A stretch of 64,000 bases of DNA from Fimicolochytrium jonesii (lineage: Eukaryota): assembly GCF_025526975.1 (NCBI RefSeq), contig NW_026515668.1, forward strand, positions 992,001 to 1,056,000, in the 5' to 3' direction. Positions 1 through 14,262 of this stretch are shown one piece after another. The stretch's first letter is position 1, and the number at the start of each line of letters is the position of its first letter. The notes beneath the pieces were generated by a model. It saw nothing but the letters and a program-made list of their open reading frames with translations, did not search any database and was not told where the DNA came from. The position numbers and the translations under genes were made by a program.

Positions 1-787
1 TCTTGGTGGTCGTCCAGTTCGCTCGTTGACATAGCTGTCGACACGGACTTTCATGACGTCCAACCATAGCTCCAGAGTAATGGGTTCGTTCAACGCCCAG
101 TAGATCAAAGTGCTCCCAAGCGGCACATGAAACTTATGCCCGGCAATTTCAAGTAACAGGCCCGCCGACATTCGGCTGACAACGGGATATACGACCTGGG
201 CTTTTGCACCGCAAGCAAGGCAATTGGTGCCCATGATCAGAGACAAGAAGCGACTGTAGGGCGCCTCGAAGAATGTCGTAGGTGTATTGGGGATTGTGCG
301 GGCTTTTGATTGACAAGATCGTCGAGCTGTCAAGATGAAATGGCCAGGGAAGGCGCCGACATCACTACATTATACCTACTATACCTACTATTTCATTGTA
401 CCTACTATATACATGGCGTTTCTTCCCACCTTTCTTTGAGTAGTATGCATGACTTCATGAGAGTGGAGTGATGTGTGGGGTGATGGATGGCGTCGTTGTG
501 ACGTATGGAAGGGTTTTTGGGGAAATAGTTTTACTTTCTCTTAAATCTAATGCATATAGTATCTGCGCTTCCTCCAAAAATGCGACCCAGAGCCGGTCTC
601 CCTCCGCTCGTCCCACGCATATACGCCGAGCAACAGCCGCACTGGCATTCGCCCCGATATCCTTCCTGCTGACGGCCAGGACCCGTTTGCGGCTACGGAT
701 TGGATTGATCAGGGGAAAGGGAAAGAAAAAGTACGATAACTGTCTCGTCTCAACTTCCATCTGCTCCTCTGCTTGCTCCCCCATCCC

Positions 788-1274
788 TCAACGCCCTCCC
801 GCCGCTCCGGCCGCCCTCTTCTTAACATCCATCTCCGGATCATGGAACACCTTCCTCGCATTATTCAACTCGACCTCCATCGCGAGCAATTCATGCGCGC
901 GGGCCAGTTTCTTTGGATCCCTCCGCAGCGCATGAAGGAAATCTGATGTTTTCGGTTTGGGTGCCGTCCGTTGTGCCTCAGTGACGAGATCGGAGAGGTA
1001 GGTGAGGAGCAGCTCCTCCATTAGGTCGACGCTGTCGGGGGACGGGTTGTCGGTGTCGCCGAAGCCGTACATTAGCGTGCGGACTGCGGTAAGTAAAAAG
1101 TGAGTGGGCAACCGAATACGGGGTGGGGAAGAAAGACAGGTGGGCTATTGTGGTTCACGAATTCTTACCTTCTCGTGTGAATGGTCGATACAGCTTCTTT
1201 GACCTCTGTTGTTGTTGCTGCTGCTGTTGTGCTGAGTGCTGGTCCCGCGCATCTGTTGCTCCAAAGGAGGCCAT
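788..1274 (-). CDS. TAF13: TFIID subunit 13 (TAF13/TFIID-18kDa family), 2 exons (1274-1169, 1083-788)
   Basis: Spliced product contains FTREVRTLMYGFGDTDNPSPDSVDLMEELLLTYLSDLV...DFLHALRRDPKKLARAHELL, the TAF13 histone-fold signature. GTAAGA donor and CAG acceptor join in frame. Confidence 0.9.
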
Positions 1275-2213
1275 TGCGTTTCTTTTCGTGGGGAGCTGCT
1301 GAGCGATGAGTGCAGGATGAGAGCGGTGTTTTGGAGCAGTTGCCGAGCCTTCGATGTTTTCTTTTCACAGACGCAAACCGCCGTGAGATGGCTGTCCAGA
1401 AGGCTCTCACGAAAAAAGCAACTGCGTGCTTTCCAAACAATTCGTAGGCTGGCCTCTAGAGACGCAGCCTAACGCTCCTTCCTTCCCAACGCAATTGCGA
1501 GCATCGTCATCACGGCAATCACCGCACTGCAACTCTGTACTGATCTTGGCTGTTCTGGAGCAAGCAACTGACTTTGACGCATTCACTGTGTCGGAATCAG
1601 CTTGTTCTGCTAGAGTGGTCTACAACAGACATCATCTCTAGCAGTCACGCAAAGCAATTCACAGCCATCTCGACATGTTGTCCTCCCAAACTCTGAAAAG
1701 GCGCAATAAGAAACCAGGATGGAGGATTCTATAGAGTTCATTGCACGTGAGGTTCTTTCCGAGGAGGGTTTAGCAGTGTTGGACTTGGAGAACCTAGACC
1801 TAAGTGAAAAATAGGTACCACGTAGATACCCGGGATACCCAAAATACCCCTGTCATATGGCCTTCTCCCACTCCCATTTGAGGCAAGCTGTGTAATTGAA
1901 GGTTGTGAAGCACGCTCCGCACGCTCGCCGAATGGACCCCTGTTCAGTAACTGAGACGCGACTGTATTACATGTTTAAGAACCAGCCGCCGTTTTGTCGG
2001 CCGCTTTCGCTCGTCGGGCTTTTTTCCGAAGGCCGTCGAATTTTTTTTTTGAGGTATAATAGGCTCTCCACCCAAGGATTCTTCCCTGCGCTGCCGCAAT
2101 AAGGGGCAGATGCCGGACCGCTTCCAATATGGTTGATGTGTTTTCCCACTTTCGGCACCCACTCGCCCTCCCGCACCCCCCCCCCCCCCCCCCCCCCCCC
2201 CGGCGCGTCTCAG

Positions 2214-3758
2214 TTACTCGCGAGGTGCTGGTGAGGACGAGGGCGCGGGAGCAGCAGCCGCCAAAGCCGAGCCCAGCATCACATCCACCAGACTCTCCTC
2301 CCCATCCATCCCGACGGCCCCCACAAAGCTCTCCGTCTCATTCCACGGCTGCGGGGAGTGCATCATCATCCCCGCCTCCTGCGGCTCCCGTCCCACCGCC
2401 ACCGGCTGCACACCCTCGTCCGCGCACACCACCCACGCGCCACCGGCCGCAACCTCCCTCGGAAAGCTGCGGTCGGCGACATGCAGTCCATACAGCTTCT
2501 CTCCCCACGCGAGCGCGCCGACGACGTCCGCTTGCTGGTGTCGTGGGACCTCGCGCGCGATCTTGGTGAAGACTGCCTTGCGGAGTTGGTCCCGCGTGGG
2601 TGTGTGCGCCGGCGGGAGGGGGAGGAACGGGGGTGCGGAGGGGTCGAAGAGGCCGAGGATTTCGAGGTAGGTCACGCTGGGATGTGTGAGCAGGACGTGC
2701 GGGGTGGAGAGGCCGATGGGTTGCAGGCCGACGGTGGGCGGGTGCGGTTGGAGCCAGCAGAAGCGTTTGGGGAGCTGGGGGAGGGTCGGGGGGTCGATGA
2801 TCTGTGATGATCGGGGTGAGTGAAGTTGCAGGGTATTGCGTTTGCAGGGGTGGTGGTGCAGGGACCCAGGGTTACAGCACGTACGTTAGCGCCACATTCA
2901 TCGTCGAGCAAGGCCAGGGCGTGGCGCCAGGGCACGCCTTCGATCTCGGTGAGTTTGGCGGTGAGGAGGCGGGCAAAGACAAACGCGAGGGCGGTGCGGC
3001 TGCCGACGTTGATCGCGCGCGGGCGCCGGTCCTTGGCCGCGTGCAGGATCTGGAGGACCTGCGCGAGCGTCAGTGTCGACGCATCGAGCTGCGCGCGGGT
3101 TGCGGGGCGGATGCGTACAGGGGCTGCTGATTCGTCCTTCTGCCGGGGCCGGGGGGGTTGAAACGGAGAAAGTGGTGTGAGTGATGGGGATGGAGGACAT
3201 GCCTCCACCATCGGATTGCATACTCACCACCACCCTCTTCTTGACCAACACCGCACATTCTTCCCCCTTCTCATCCCTTCCAACCTCCATCCGCTCCGCC
3301 TCCCTTACCCACTCCAACGCCTCCTCCACCGACGTAATCACATCCGTTCGCGCCCGGCGGCCATGCTCCACCGTCCACGTCGGAGCGTACGGGCTGCTCC
3401 CGTCCACCGCCCCGTCCTGCTGATCGAGCCCGGCTTCGTCGCGGGTGCGGCGGCGGTGGCGCGCGGCGGGGGAGGTAACGTCTATAACGTCGACAATGTC
3501 TGTGTTCGGGCATCGTCGTGTGACAGGCAAGCCGGACCATGCCTCTTGGTAGCGGAGCGTGAACTCGCTCGGACTGCCGCTGTTGTGTGGTTGGCGATGT
3601 GGGTGCTGACCGCTGCCCCCGGACCCGACGCTGGTGGTGCGAGGATGGGTAGACTGACCCCCGCTGCTGCCGTCCAAGCGCTCGTGCTGCGGTAGCGAGC
3701 TGGCCACGGGCACGGGCTTCCTGGGCGCTTTTCTCAGCCTTCCGACGGTCGATGCCAT
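2214..3758 (-). CDS. Hypothetical protein (overlapping minus-strand ORFs 2898-3758, 2672-3211, 2214-2675; introns or homopolymer indels likely)
   Basis: Consecutive long GC-rich minus-strand ORFs starting MASTVGRLRK; frame changes lie near G/C runs. No family recognised. Confidence 0.45.
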
Positions 3759-4718
3759 GTTTGAAACGGTTTTGGGGCTTGGGTTGAGTTAGATGTCTGT
3801 CGCCCGATGTAGTTTTTTCCCGGGGGGGGGGGGGGGGGGGATTGTGGCTACGTCGGGGCTCTATCAGTCTCGGTTCTCGCTGTGACTATGTATGTATACC
3901 CCTCGGTCTCCGCTATAGGTCAAGATTTGTGTGCTCTCGTCCGTCCTCGTGTGAATTTTGGATCCCTTCCGGTCTCGGACCTGCCGTTCGTTGATGAGGG
4001 GTCGAGCAACGTGTGATCGCCACGATCTGCGATAGCACAATCTGTGATAGCAAACAAATGCTCGCGAAGCCACCTGTATCGGAGGCGGGTTACGGGTCGG
4101 GGGGGTTTTTTTTTTCGTGCTCGCTTGACCGTACGCCGAGATCAGATCAAGCGGTGGGTTAGGGAAGCTGGAATTAGGGGCGGGTCCTGGGGGTGTGGAG
4201 AATTACGGTAGGAGGTTTGATGTCCGGTTTGGGAAAGAGGGTTTGTAAAGAGTGCGATGCTGTTTGGACCGTTGTGTGGGGAAGGTGCGATGGAGGTGTG
4301 CATATACCCTCTCCACAAATGTCGGGAGAAGGCTTTCCTCCCCCCCCGTTAGCCCCGTTTCTGTGATATGCGTGTGATGCCTACGTACCATGGCCCTAGG
4401 GTGGGTTGACGAAAGACCGCCAAAAACATGAACGCAAGACCCAACTTAGAACAGATGATTTCTTGTTGAGATGACACCAACGGACAAAAACAAAAAAAAA
4501 GACGAGGAGTAAAGAAAAAGACAAAAAGAGGTATGGTACAAGATGCAGGTTTTTTTTTTGCATGGGGGGTCGGTCAAGGATGGAATGTGAGGGGGTGCGG
4601 TACAGAAGAGGGATGGGGATATCGGGAGAGGGCATGAGCGCCCAAAACGCACATATCTCCAATGCGCGCGGCAATCCAATGCGCGGCGCCTCCCAGATTT
4701 CCCCGACTCCAATTTCCT

Positions 4719-6262
4719 TCAGTCATGGTGATCAGGCACCAACGACGTGAAAAACAACGTCGCGACCAACTTTGCTCTCTGCAGCGACGCCACAAACCCC
4801 GACTCGGCAGGAACAGCTGCTTCCGTCGCCACACTCCCCTCCGTCGTCGCCGCCGGGGGCTGGTTCTCGCCGTTCGGCACAACCGCCGCCGCCGCGGGCG
4901 GCGCCACCACCCCATTGATTCTCCCCCCATTCGCAGCCGCCCGGACAGCCCTCGCCCTCCTCTCCATCTGAATCATAAACACGGCCAACGCAACAAGGTT
5001 GAGCGTAATGATGCGCGTGAGGGATGTGTTGTGGGAAAAGACGTAGACGAGGAAAGTGAGTTTGAAGAGGAGCCAGTAGGGATTTTGCGGGGCTTCGTTT
5101 TGGGGAAAGTCGCGGAATTCGGGGTCGATTGGGGCTAGGGCTGCTGCTGGGGGGGCGGGGGCGGGGGCGGGTGGGGGGACAACGGCGGGGGCGGGTGCTG
5201 CTGCTTCGGGTGGGGTTGCTGGTGGTGTTGCTGTTGATGGTGGCGCGACGGATAGCGGTGATGCGATGGTGGGAGTCGGCCCGTAGAGGTTGTTGTTTGG
5301 GTCGGGTAGGAGGTGGTGGGGTGGGAAGTGGTCCATGGGGGTATGCATGGCATAGGGGAGGCCACTAATCGATGAGAGAAAAAACAAGGAATTGTGAATC
5401 AGCATCCGAGATCAAATCCCATGCATCTGGAACTGAGTAAGAGTAACCAATGCAATGGCATCCGAACTTACTTAATCATGACGATTTGGAAAGGGGAAGC
5501 TCCGGGATACATGGGATATGCATGGTGGTTGGGGACATTGAAGGGTTGCCCCATAGGGCTCGTTGCCAAAGCTATTGGCGGCTGGTCTTCTGGTACAGGC
5601 ACATTAGCCGCCTGCGTACTGCTGTCAACAGAAGTATCGAGATGCGCTGGGCGGCGGAGTCGCAGTCCTTCCGTCGGTGATGAGATATTCGTCGGTTGGG
5701 AAGATTGCAGCGGCGCCGTCTTGAGCACCAAGTGAACAATATGAGGCCCAGCCGCACCGGTATCAGCCTTCAACGCCATGCGCACCGACGACTCGTCCGC
5801 CAACAGCTTCCCCGCATGAATCAGCCTCATCTCTTCCACGGACGGACAGCCGGGAACGACGGCAACAAGGGCGTGTTTGAGCTGTGATATGGTGCTGTCC
5901 AGCGCCTCCTCCACTGTGAAGGACTCGTTCGGGTAGCTCGGGCAGCGGACGGATATGGTTGTTTTATCGGCCGCGGCGGTGGGCGTTGACGGTACGGTAC
6001 CTACTGGGTTGTTGTTGTGTTCTAGGGGTAGCAGTTTCTCCATGATGGCACCGGTACGGACGGCGCCGCCGCCGCCGCCGCCGACAGGAACGGTCGGAGT
6101 TGGGTTGTGTTGTTGAGGATGGTTGTGGGCGGGACGATGGAGTGGGGGTTGGTCGTGCGGTTGAGGAGGACGGGAGGAGAAGTGGCGAGGAGGGGAAGGG
6201 GAGCGTCTGGCGAGCGGTTGAACAGGCGAGGCGGCGGGGTGTACGGAAGGGAAGTCTGCCAT
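4719..6262 (-). CDS. HERP/HERPUD-like ERAD protein: N-terminal ubiquitin-like domain plus C-terminal membrane segment; intron 5365-5471
   Basis: UBL domain ISVRCPSYPNESFTV...EMRLIHAGKLLAD...HIVHLVLK; hydrophobic YWLLFKLTFLVYVFS...; terminal FFTSLVP like HERP family ends. The splice gives in-frame INGLPYAM. Confidence 0.75.
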
Positions 6263-7125
6263 GTTTTTCTGGGAGAGTCTCTGTGTGCGTCTCTTTCTGT
6301 GTACGTGCGAGGGTGGCGAGGGTATGTGACTGTAGGTTATTCTAGTGTAGTGCCAGTGCAGCTGTGCCCGAGTGAGTGTAGAGTATTGTTGTGTAGCGAG
6401 CAGAGAGGGCCGTGGAATGCGGTGAGTGGAGGTGCGTATGTAGATGGGTGGGTGGGAGATGCAGAATGATGAGATACGTATGCGTGTCACCGTCCCACTA
6501 TTTACTATCTATACTTACCTACTACGTAATATAGCAGGATTAAAGTGGAGATAACGGCGGCTGTAGCGGCGGGTGGATGAAGGCACGCGAAGAATCAATC
6601 GGTCACACATCTGGCCTGGCCTGGCCAGAGCTGCCGGCCTGAGAAGACCCATCGGCACAACGTCCGAATGCGACGCCTTAGAAACAAACCACCACTACAC
6701 TACGATCGTTTACACCAATGCCCCGCGGAATAATGACATACACCCAGAAGACAGGCTTGCATTGAATGGAGCTTGGAACATCAACCCGTTTTCGCCTTTG
6801 GTTCCGGTGATTTCACACGTCGTAGCTGGCGGAAACCACATGGGGCCGTGCCAATCAAGAGCCTTGCCAGACAACTGGCCGTCGCTGCCGCAACTGTCTT
6901 CATCATGCCTGAAATGGGCGTGCGATCGAGAAGCAGATGAAGTGGAACCAATATTGTTTTCAAGGTGCCCAGAGTCCCGGTGAAAACTGGAGACTTTGGA
7001 ATCAATTGAAGTTTCTGTTCAATTGAACAACACACGCCCGACGGAAATACCCGCTTGTGTCCTTCACATTCACAAGCAACTGCATTCCCTCCCCAAACTT
7101 CAACCAACGAGAAAACTCGCTCAAA

Positions 7126-7654
7126 ATGGCTGGCGGTCACAAGTAAGCCTCCTCAACGGAGCTCATAGCAGTCTACTGGTCGGTTGCAATTGCGGTAGGG
7201 ACTCACTTACTGATAAATCTGTGTCTCTTTCCACGGTCCTCGCTCGCCTTCGGTTGATTCCCCCTCTCGCTCGTCTTCGAACATACGATCACCTTCCGCC
7301 TTCTCCTTCTCTCGGTGCTAACACCTCACCAACAAAAGATGGTGGGGAAACCAATCGCTGCAAAGCGGATTCTACGAATATGGTTTGTCGCCATTTCAAA
7401 CACAGACCATGAAGGGCTTCTTCAACCCCGGAGCCTTCAGGCTGTTCAAGCGCTTGGGACGACAGGCCTTGTTCATTGGTCCCCCAGCGCTGGCCTTCTT
7501 CTACGTTAAGGACTGGGCTGATGCCAAGGTGCGTTTGCTGGAGGACTTTGAGTTTTATATGGGAAAACCGTACTGACGGACGATTTTGACACAGTTCGAG
7601 CACTACAACCGGAAGGCATATCTCTTGAGCCCCGAGCACAAGCACGAGCACTAG
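7126..7654 (+). CDS. QCR8: Cytochrome b-c1 complex subunit 8 (UcrQ), 3 exons
   Basis: Spliced product MAGGHKWWGNQSLQSGFYEYGLSPFQTQTMKGFFNPGAFRLFKRLGRQALFIGPPALAFFYVKDWADAKFEHYNRKAYLLSPEHKHEH, with the WWG...YxLSPFxQ...NRK hallmarks. Canonical introns. Confidence 0.9.
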
Positions 7655-8530
7655 ATACGTCGTTAGAGGCAGAATCCGTCGAATTGTCATCATATACCGG
7701 ACTTAGCCCAAAATACATCAAATATGAATCAGAGTTTCGTCGCGGAGCTGAGGAGTGGTTGAGATGCTAGGAATCGATGCGACGTGATTGCTGCTGCCGG
7801 GAATCACAGAATGCGGAAAGGACTGCATCAGATGATGCAGGACACCTTGAGAATCATTGCCACGGATGGTGACCGGTGCAGTGTTGATCCGGTACTCCTG
7901 GAAACCTATACTCCCAAGCTCCAGCCAACCATGATGACCGGCTACCATTTCGACAAACAAGACGACCTACCCGACGAACCTCCAAACAATGCTCAGTACC
8001 TCTTTACTTGAAAGATCCTTCGCACCGCAGCCAACACTCCCGCCGGGGAACGGTGGACGCATTATCGGTTGCACTTCCTCCACCACCCAACAACCCACTG
8101 ACCACCTCGCAACCCCACCCATAACCTCCACCCCACCCACCGACACCTTCGACACCACAACAATCGCCGCAGCATCCACCACGCGGGACGCCACCCTCGC
8201 CGCGTACGCGGAACACGACCCTGCCAAGCGGGACGCCGAGAAGAATCAGGTCTTTACCCACTTGGAAGCGATAAAGCAGATTGATAGACATTCCAAGGTA
8301 TCGAGCATTGCCCCTATCTTTTGGGAAGTAGAGTCGGGGCAAGGTAGCGCATGCGCAAATTCCCAGCTACCTTCTGATCCATATCGCAACGGCGGCAGTG
8401 TGCGCGCTGTTTTCGGAGTCTGTTCAGACGTTCAAAACCACACGAGTTAACAAACTCCGCGTGAGATAACAATAAACGGCGGGGAAAGACATATACAGTA
8501 CATATAGAACAAAAAGGGGGTGACACTATC

Positions 8531-11500
8531 CTACAAACGGGTTGAATCTGTGACAAATCCGATCGCCGGCTGAGATCCCTGCGTCGGCGGAGGATTCTTT
8601 TCGTACTTCTTGAACCCAAACAGTTGGCGCAGCTCATCCAACCGCTTCTTCTGCAGGTCCTCTTTAGCCTGCTGATGATTCATCTTTGAAATGGCTCGTG
8701 ACCGGGAACGAACGGTGACCGCGGCCTGGTCGTCGAGGTTCTCTTCACGGAAGGCGGTGGCGACCAGTTCGCGCTTCTTTGCCTTGATGTTCTCAATGAC
8801 CTCCTCGACGGAGCCTTCGACCACGAAGCGGATGACGTCGACTGGCTGCGTTTGGCCCATTCTATGGACACGGTCCTGCGCTTGGTCCTCGACGGCTGGG
8901 TTCCAGTATGGTTCGAAGATGTAGACGCGTGAGGCCATTGTCAGATTCAGACCCACTCCGCCGGCTTTGAGGGAGACGAGGATGACGGTGACGGTAGGGT
9001 CAAACTTGAACTGCTCGAGTGCGACCGTTCGCGCAGCTCGCGACATTTTGCCGTCTAGACGACAGTACTTGAAATCCGCCTTCTCTAGTGCGGGTTCCAT
9101 CAGGTCGAGCATCTGCGTCCATTGGGAAAAGACGACGGTCTTGACTGTGGGGGTGTTGTTCGCCATGTACAGGTTCCGTACGTGTACGAGATCGTTGATG
9201 AGAGTGCGAACTTTCGTGCTCCCGGTTTGCGACAAATCCTTTCTATGGTTCTTGGGTTCAACTGGTTCAGTTGTGGCTTCTTCGAGACTTTCGGCCTGTA
9301 AGGTGAAGAGTGCATTTAGACACGAGCTGCATCTGAAGGTTCAGTCTGACAGAGGCTTACCGCTTCTGTATCTTTGATCTCCCGAAGGCCACATTTCCGT
9401 AGCTCCGTTTGGCAGAGAGGACATATCACCGACTCATTCTCATTTTCGAGTACGCCGCGCACACACTCGTTGCAGAACCTACGAGAATCGCATAAATCAG
9501 ACCCTAGACCATGATGCTGCAAAACCGCCTGTGGTACTCACATGTGACCACATTGAGACACAACGACCGTCTTCTCGCCAGTCCCTTCAACTTGGGAAGA
9601 GCATATGCTACACCCGTCATCTCCAGAGTCCTTCAACAGGCTAAGCAGATGCGCCGCTCTTTCCGCCGTCAAAGGTTGCTGATTGGCATTCTCTTGCACA
9701 TAGTCATCAAGTTCATCTGCGAAGAGAGTTCAAGTATGAGTAGCAGCACTTACTGTTACAGAGTCATCGCCCCGATGAAGCGACTGTTGCACAACCACCG
9801 CCGGCGATGAATATCAAAACGGCGCAATTCATCACTTACCAAAGCGCTTCCAATCTCTCAGCAGCCCAACATGACAGACAACCTGCCGCATCCTCAACAA
9901 CATCTCCAACAAAAACGCATAATGCCTGAAAACAGTGCCGGTTTTCATCATGCTTTGGAAAACGTTGCGACACTTGTCGAACACTTCATCGTAGACTTTC
10001 TGCTCCTCCGGATCCAATGAAAGGGTATATACATGTTGACGTTTCGGTGGCAATGTGAGGATCGGTTTCCCGTCGACCTTTTGCGTCTTGGTTCGCCGTA
10101 GGGTTATGAGTTTCATGACAGTTTGCAACCGCGATGCTGCGCGTGAGGCCTCCAGGTTACGCGACTTCAAAGGTTTCGAGAACACGGCCCCGAAACTCTT
10201 CCAGACGTTGAAGGGCTCCAGTCCGAGGAATCGGAACAGACTGAAGAGGTCCTCAACTTTGTTCTGGATGGGCGTCCCAGTTAAACACCATTTCCTTTGA
10301 CCCCGGAGTGCAATCGCGGCCTTCGCTTGGTTCGTATTTCGTTCTTTAATAACATGTGCCTCGTCCAGAACGATGCGCAGCCAGTAGACACACTGTAACG
10401 CAGATCTCCCGGTGGTAAGATCTCCCTCTGCAAACGATTTGAAATCCCTTCCAAACTCCAGCCCAAGGACATTGTACGTGGTCAGAACCACGTCGTAATG
10501 CCGGAGAAACTCGGGATCCTGCCGTCTCTGCGGACCGTGGTACACATAGACGCTCAGAGAGTTTTCTTTCGCATGACTGGCAATCTGCTCCTCCCAATTT
10601 GAGACCGTGGAAAGAGGGCAAACGATCAACGTGGCACGCGATGGTTGTCGCAGACCGTCGTATTGATCGGGATCCGGCTCGGGCGGTGGTGCTGGTTTGC
10701 CAGGAAGGAACGGGTACGGATTACGAGCGACAGTTGTTGGGGCTCTTGGCGGTGGGGCGCAAACGTAATCATTTGCCTCATTCTTCAGTAGAAGCGAAAT
10801 GACTTCGATCGTTTTGCCAAGTCCCATGTCGTCAGCCAGAATGCCACCTAAACATTGATTGGGCTCGTCCTGGACCAAGGTCTCCGTTATCACGTCCCGG
10901 TATCCGTCAGGAGTCTTTCTCCATATTGATCGCGTCGCATCGGCGGAATCAGAGAAGTTGACCGGTTGCTCGCGTTGCATCATGAAATGCAGCGCTTGTC
11001 GTTGATGTTTATACAACGGGGTCACAAGCCGGGAATCTAAGCGGGAGATGTTAGTAAGTAAGATCAATGTTCAAGGGATGCCACTCTCCGCAAATACCTG
11101 GCTCGGCTTCCTGCAGGTTCTCGGCTGATGTGATAGCATTGTAGAGGGCATCGATCTGGTCATTCACATCCTCAGTCTCCGAATTCGTCGTAGAGGTTAT
11201 GCGGTTTGTCCCAGCCTTCATGACAGAATACGCCGACGTAAAGCCAGGGAGTGCTCCCGGGGCAGGTTGGATTGGCTGAGCCATCATCATGTTGTGAGGG
11301 TTGAACATCCTGTATGACGTGGATTTGTTAACGTCGTGCAAACGGATGTTGGCCTGCTTCAGCCGCGCCCCCAATAATCCGGCGAGGTAAATGGGGCCCG
11401 TAAGAATCAGTGTCATCGGCGCGGTGTATTTCTATGGCTGAGACATTAGCAACATCGAATGAAAACGAAAGGCAGGCACACCTGATGTTCTTACGTTGTA

Positions 11501-12954
11501 TTGGCAGCGTGGTATATGCGCATCGATTGATAGGTGTCCAAATAGGGGCGCAATCGCAACGGCGATATCATCATTCAGCTTCCCAACGAACTGAAGGTCA
11601 AGAAATACTGCTTGTTAGCCAGTAGTTCTCTCACTATCCGGACATTCATGCAACTTACGTGGCGAGTTTTCTCCGTGATCAAACTGTACTTCGGTCCCTC
11701 GGGTGTGAGTATGACTTTCGTGTATTTTTCCGATCCACAGCTATTCTTGTACCCTTCGTAATGCAGCGGTGACACTATTGTGTTGATCAAGCCGAATGTG
11801 ACCATCTCCTTGTTTGTCTCGTCTAGAGGCTCACGAGCTCCCATTTTCTTCTCCGCTACCCTCTTTAACCGCATCTCCTCTTTGGCGTTGATATCTGTCA
11901 GATCAACTACTTCGCGGGGTTGATATGCGTTCAGTTGTTCACAAAGCTGACCGGGAGCAGGCTTCTCGTCAACGAGGATGACATCAGAAGACTTGGAGGA
12001 AACCGAGCGGAGACTTAAAGGACTGCCGGAGACAGCTGGACCGTTCTGCATCGCGACGAAATGTAATGGGTGATTCGGCGGTAGCCCAAATTCTAAGGGG
12101 GTCGACGCAGGCACTGGAATGTCCTGGGACTGAGCATAACGTGGCCGGCGCGGAGAAGATGTCGGGGATGGGGTGGCATCTGATAGTGATGAAGCAGAGG
12201 CCGACCCGCTATGATAGTTCTCTGTCGCTCGTCGTTTCATGGAGTTTATGGAGCCCGGATAAAGGTGCCCATGTGATGCATCCGCTCGACGTTTACGAGG
12301 ACTCGACGTTGCCTCTGAAAGAAAGCAGCGAGGATGAGCGGAAAGGTCCGGAACAGTCCTTCCATCGCGACACGACCTACCATCGCCGCTAGATGCGTTA
12401 GTCAAGTCGATAGTCTCCAATCGTTTCGAAAGCCGGTGAGGGACCGCATCTGACCGAAAAGCAGGATGCACGGATGCTACGCCGGTGGTCCCATCATCAC
12501 TGCTATGATTTCGTGACATATCTGGAGTATCTGATAACGAAGAAGGAAAGCTCGCCGGCAACCTAGTAGACCAAGCCGACTGCTGTGCCAGATCTCTCGC
12601 CGCGCTGGAATCTTGGTGCCCAATTCTGAAGCCCGGTGGAATAGGACTCGGGGGATACGGTCTCAAGGCAGATTCAGGAAGCTCCTGGTTCGACGCAAAT
12701 TGCCCCGGAGTGAGAGACGGCCACCCTTGCTGTATTCCTGGACACAGCAAGCTATTGGCAAAAGACTCGCTTTCCTGCGCGCCATTCCCTAGATGACCAA
12801 AGTTTGAAGGATATTCGGAGCTTTGCGCTGCTGGCCAGTTGCTATTGGGAGCCGCTTGAGAGCTGTTGTTGAGGTCTCGTGGATCAGGGCCGTCAAGGTT
12901 TTGCTTCACGGCTGTTGCAGAATTCGGGTCCGAAAAGTCGTAGGGTTCTTCCAT
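8531..12954 (-). CDS. RAD5/HLTF-like SNF2 helicase with inserted RING finger, multi-exon (start codon tentative)
   Basis: SNF2 motifs GGILADDMGLGKT, TLIVCPLSTVSNWEEQI, WLRIVLDEAH, WCLTGTPIQN, VVFSQWT, LVSLKAGGVGLNLT, EPYWNPAVEDQAQDRVHRMGQ. RING residues (CGHM/FCNEC...CPLC) lie between the helicase lobes at about 9400-9650. Confidence 0.88.
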
Positions 12955-14262
12955 TACAGAATTGAACTGGTCCTGCACAGGAACCAACGCGGAAAAGAGT
13001 AGTGCAGATATCAACGTATGGAAAAAGGCGCCCTGCAGATTCAGTCCGTGTGTTGAAGTGGCTGCCGTGAGGGTGGGGAAAAACCTGCACGCAATAGGGG
13101 GGAGAATTGAGGGGCAACGCGGACAGAGCGGGTCTTAGCCGACGGGAGAACATCGCCCTCGTGACGCAGCGCGTGGCTGTCCCTCTTCGATAACTTGGAC
13201 ATTTCGTATATATAATCCTGCGGTTTTCCTTAGCTTGGCGCCGGCTGACTAACCTTTGCTTCTATATAGTATGTATAATACGGTCTACTGCTCAGAACAT
13301 GTACAGTACATGCAGTTCAGTGGGTCTCCCTCCTCATTTGCCTTCGGAAGGACGGCGTCGTAGGTCAAGCCAACCTTTGGCTTTGAAATCATACCTTCCT
13401 CGGAAAAATTCCACGTCTGTGGTAAGGATGAAGACCGACGCCTACGTAGCAACCATCCCTGAGGCAGGATTCCGGGGCGGTAGGGACACACATATGATGG
13501 CCAGCCCAGGCAGCCCCTGTTGAGTGCAGAGGGGGCGTTGAGTGCAACCTTTCACACGTCTCGACCAGGCCTGACATGACTCCCATGTCTCACATCGAGC
13601 GGAATGAGAGCAGGTTCGGATTTCTGCACTTTGGATGCATTCTCGGCGTACAGTATACTGTGAATCCGAAGTGCTTCACCGAAATTGGAGATGCCAAAAA
13701 TGACGGCGAAAAAGGAACTGTCAAGTGCCGTCAAAAGGGTAATCGTTTCACATCCGATGAGGAAGTCTGTGCTTTTCTATTCTCTCCTACAAATGGGAAA
13801 TGTCTTGTTCATACAAATTAGGTTATGAGTCTCTGCTACTACTGGGTCTCTCAGAGGCCTGGGTCAATCACACACCAGCCGCGAGCGGCGGCAAACGCTG
13901 GCACAATACCAATATCCGCGTCACCCTCACCTTTCAGACCTCTGTGATAATATCACTTTGCTACCTTGCATCTTTGCAAATCTGCGCATGCCCATCCAGC
14001 TGTAAACGCTTCGTTCGCTTCGTTGAAAAGTGCCGAGGCTCGGGAAGATTATGAGGTCATGTTGCCCGACATCCAGACCTGGCCGTCCTAGCAAATGATG
14101 CTTGCTTGTAGACCAGGTCTGCTTCGGCGACTTGAAGCTGATGGGGGAGTGAAGATGCCGGCTATTGGACGCCTCGCATAAAATAAAAGTAAGGAGAAAG
14201 CGCAAGGATGGGAGCAACGCTTCCAACGAAAGAAGGGCGTACTAATACACCTCCTCACGCAG

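Noticed and set aside
1..320. Open minus-strand frame running off the window edge
   Set aside because: About 100 codons with no recognisable family and no clear start; insufficient evidence.
2176..3840. Long C and G homopolymers (about 2176-2201 and 3822-3840) as functional elements or element ends
   Set aside because: Simple runs with no TSD or other structure, and prone to sequencing error.
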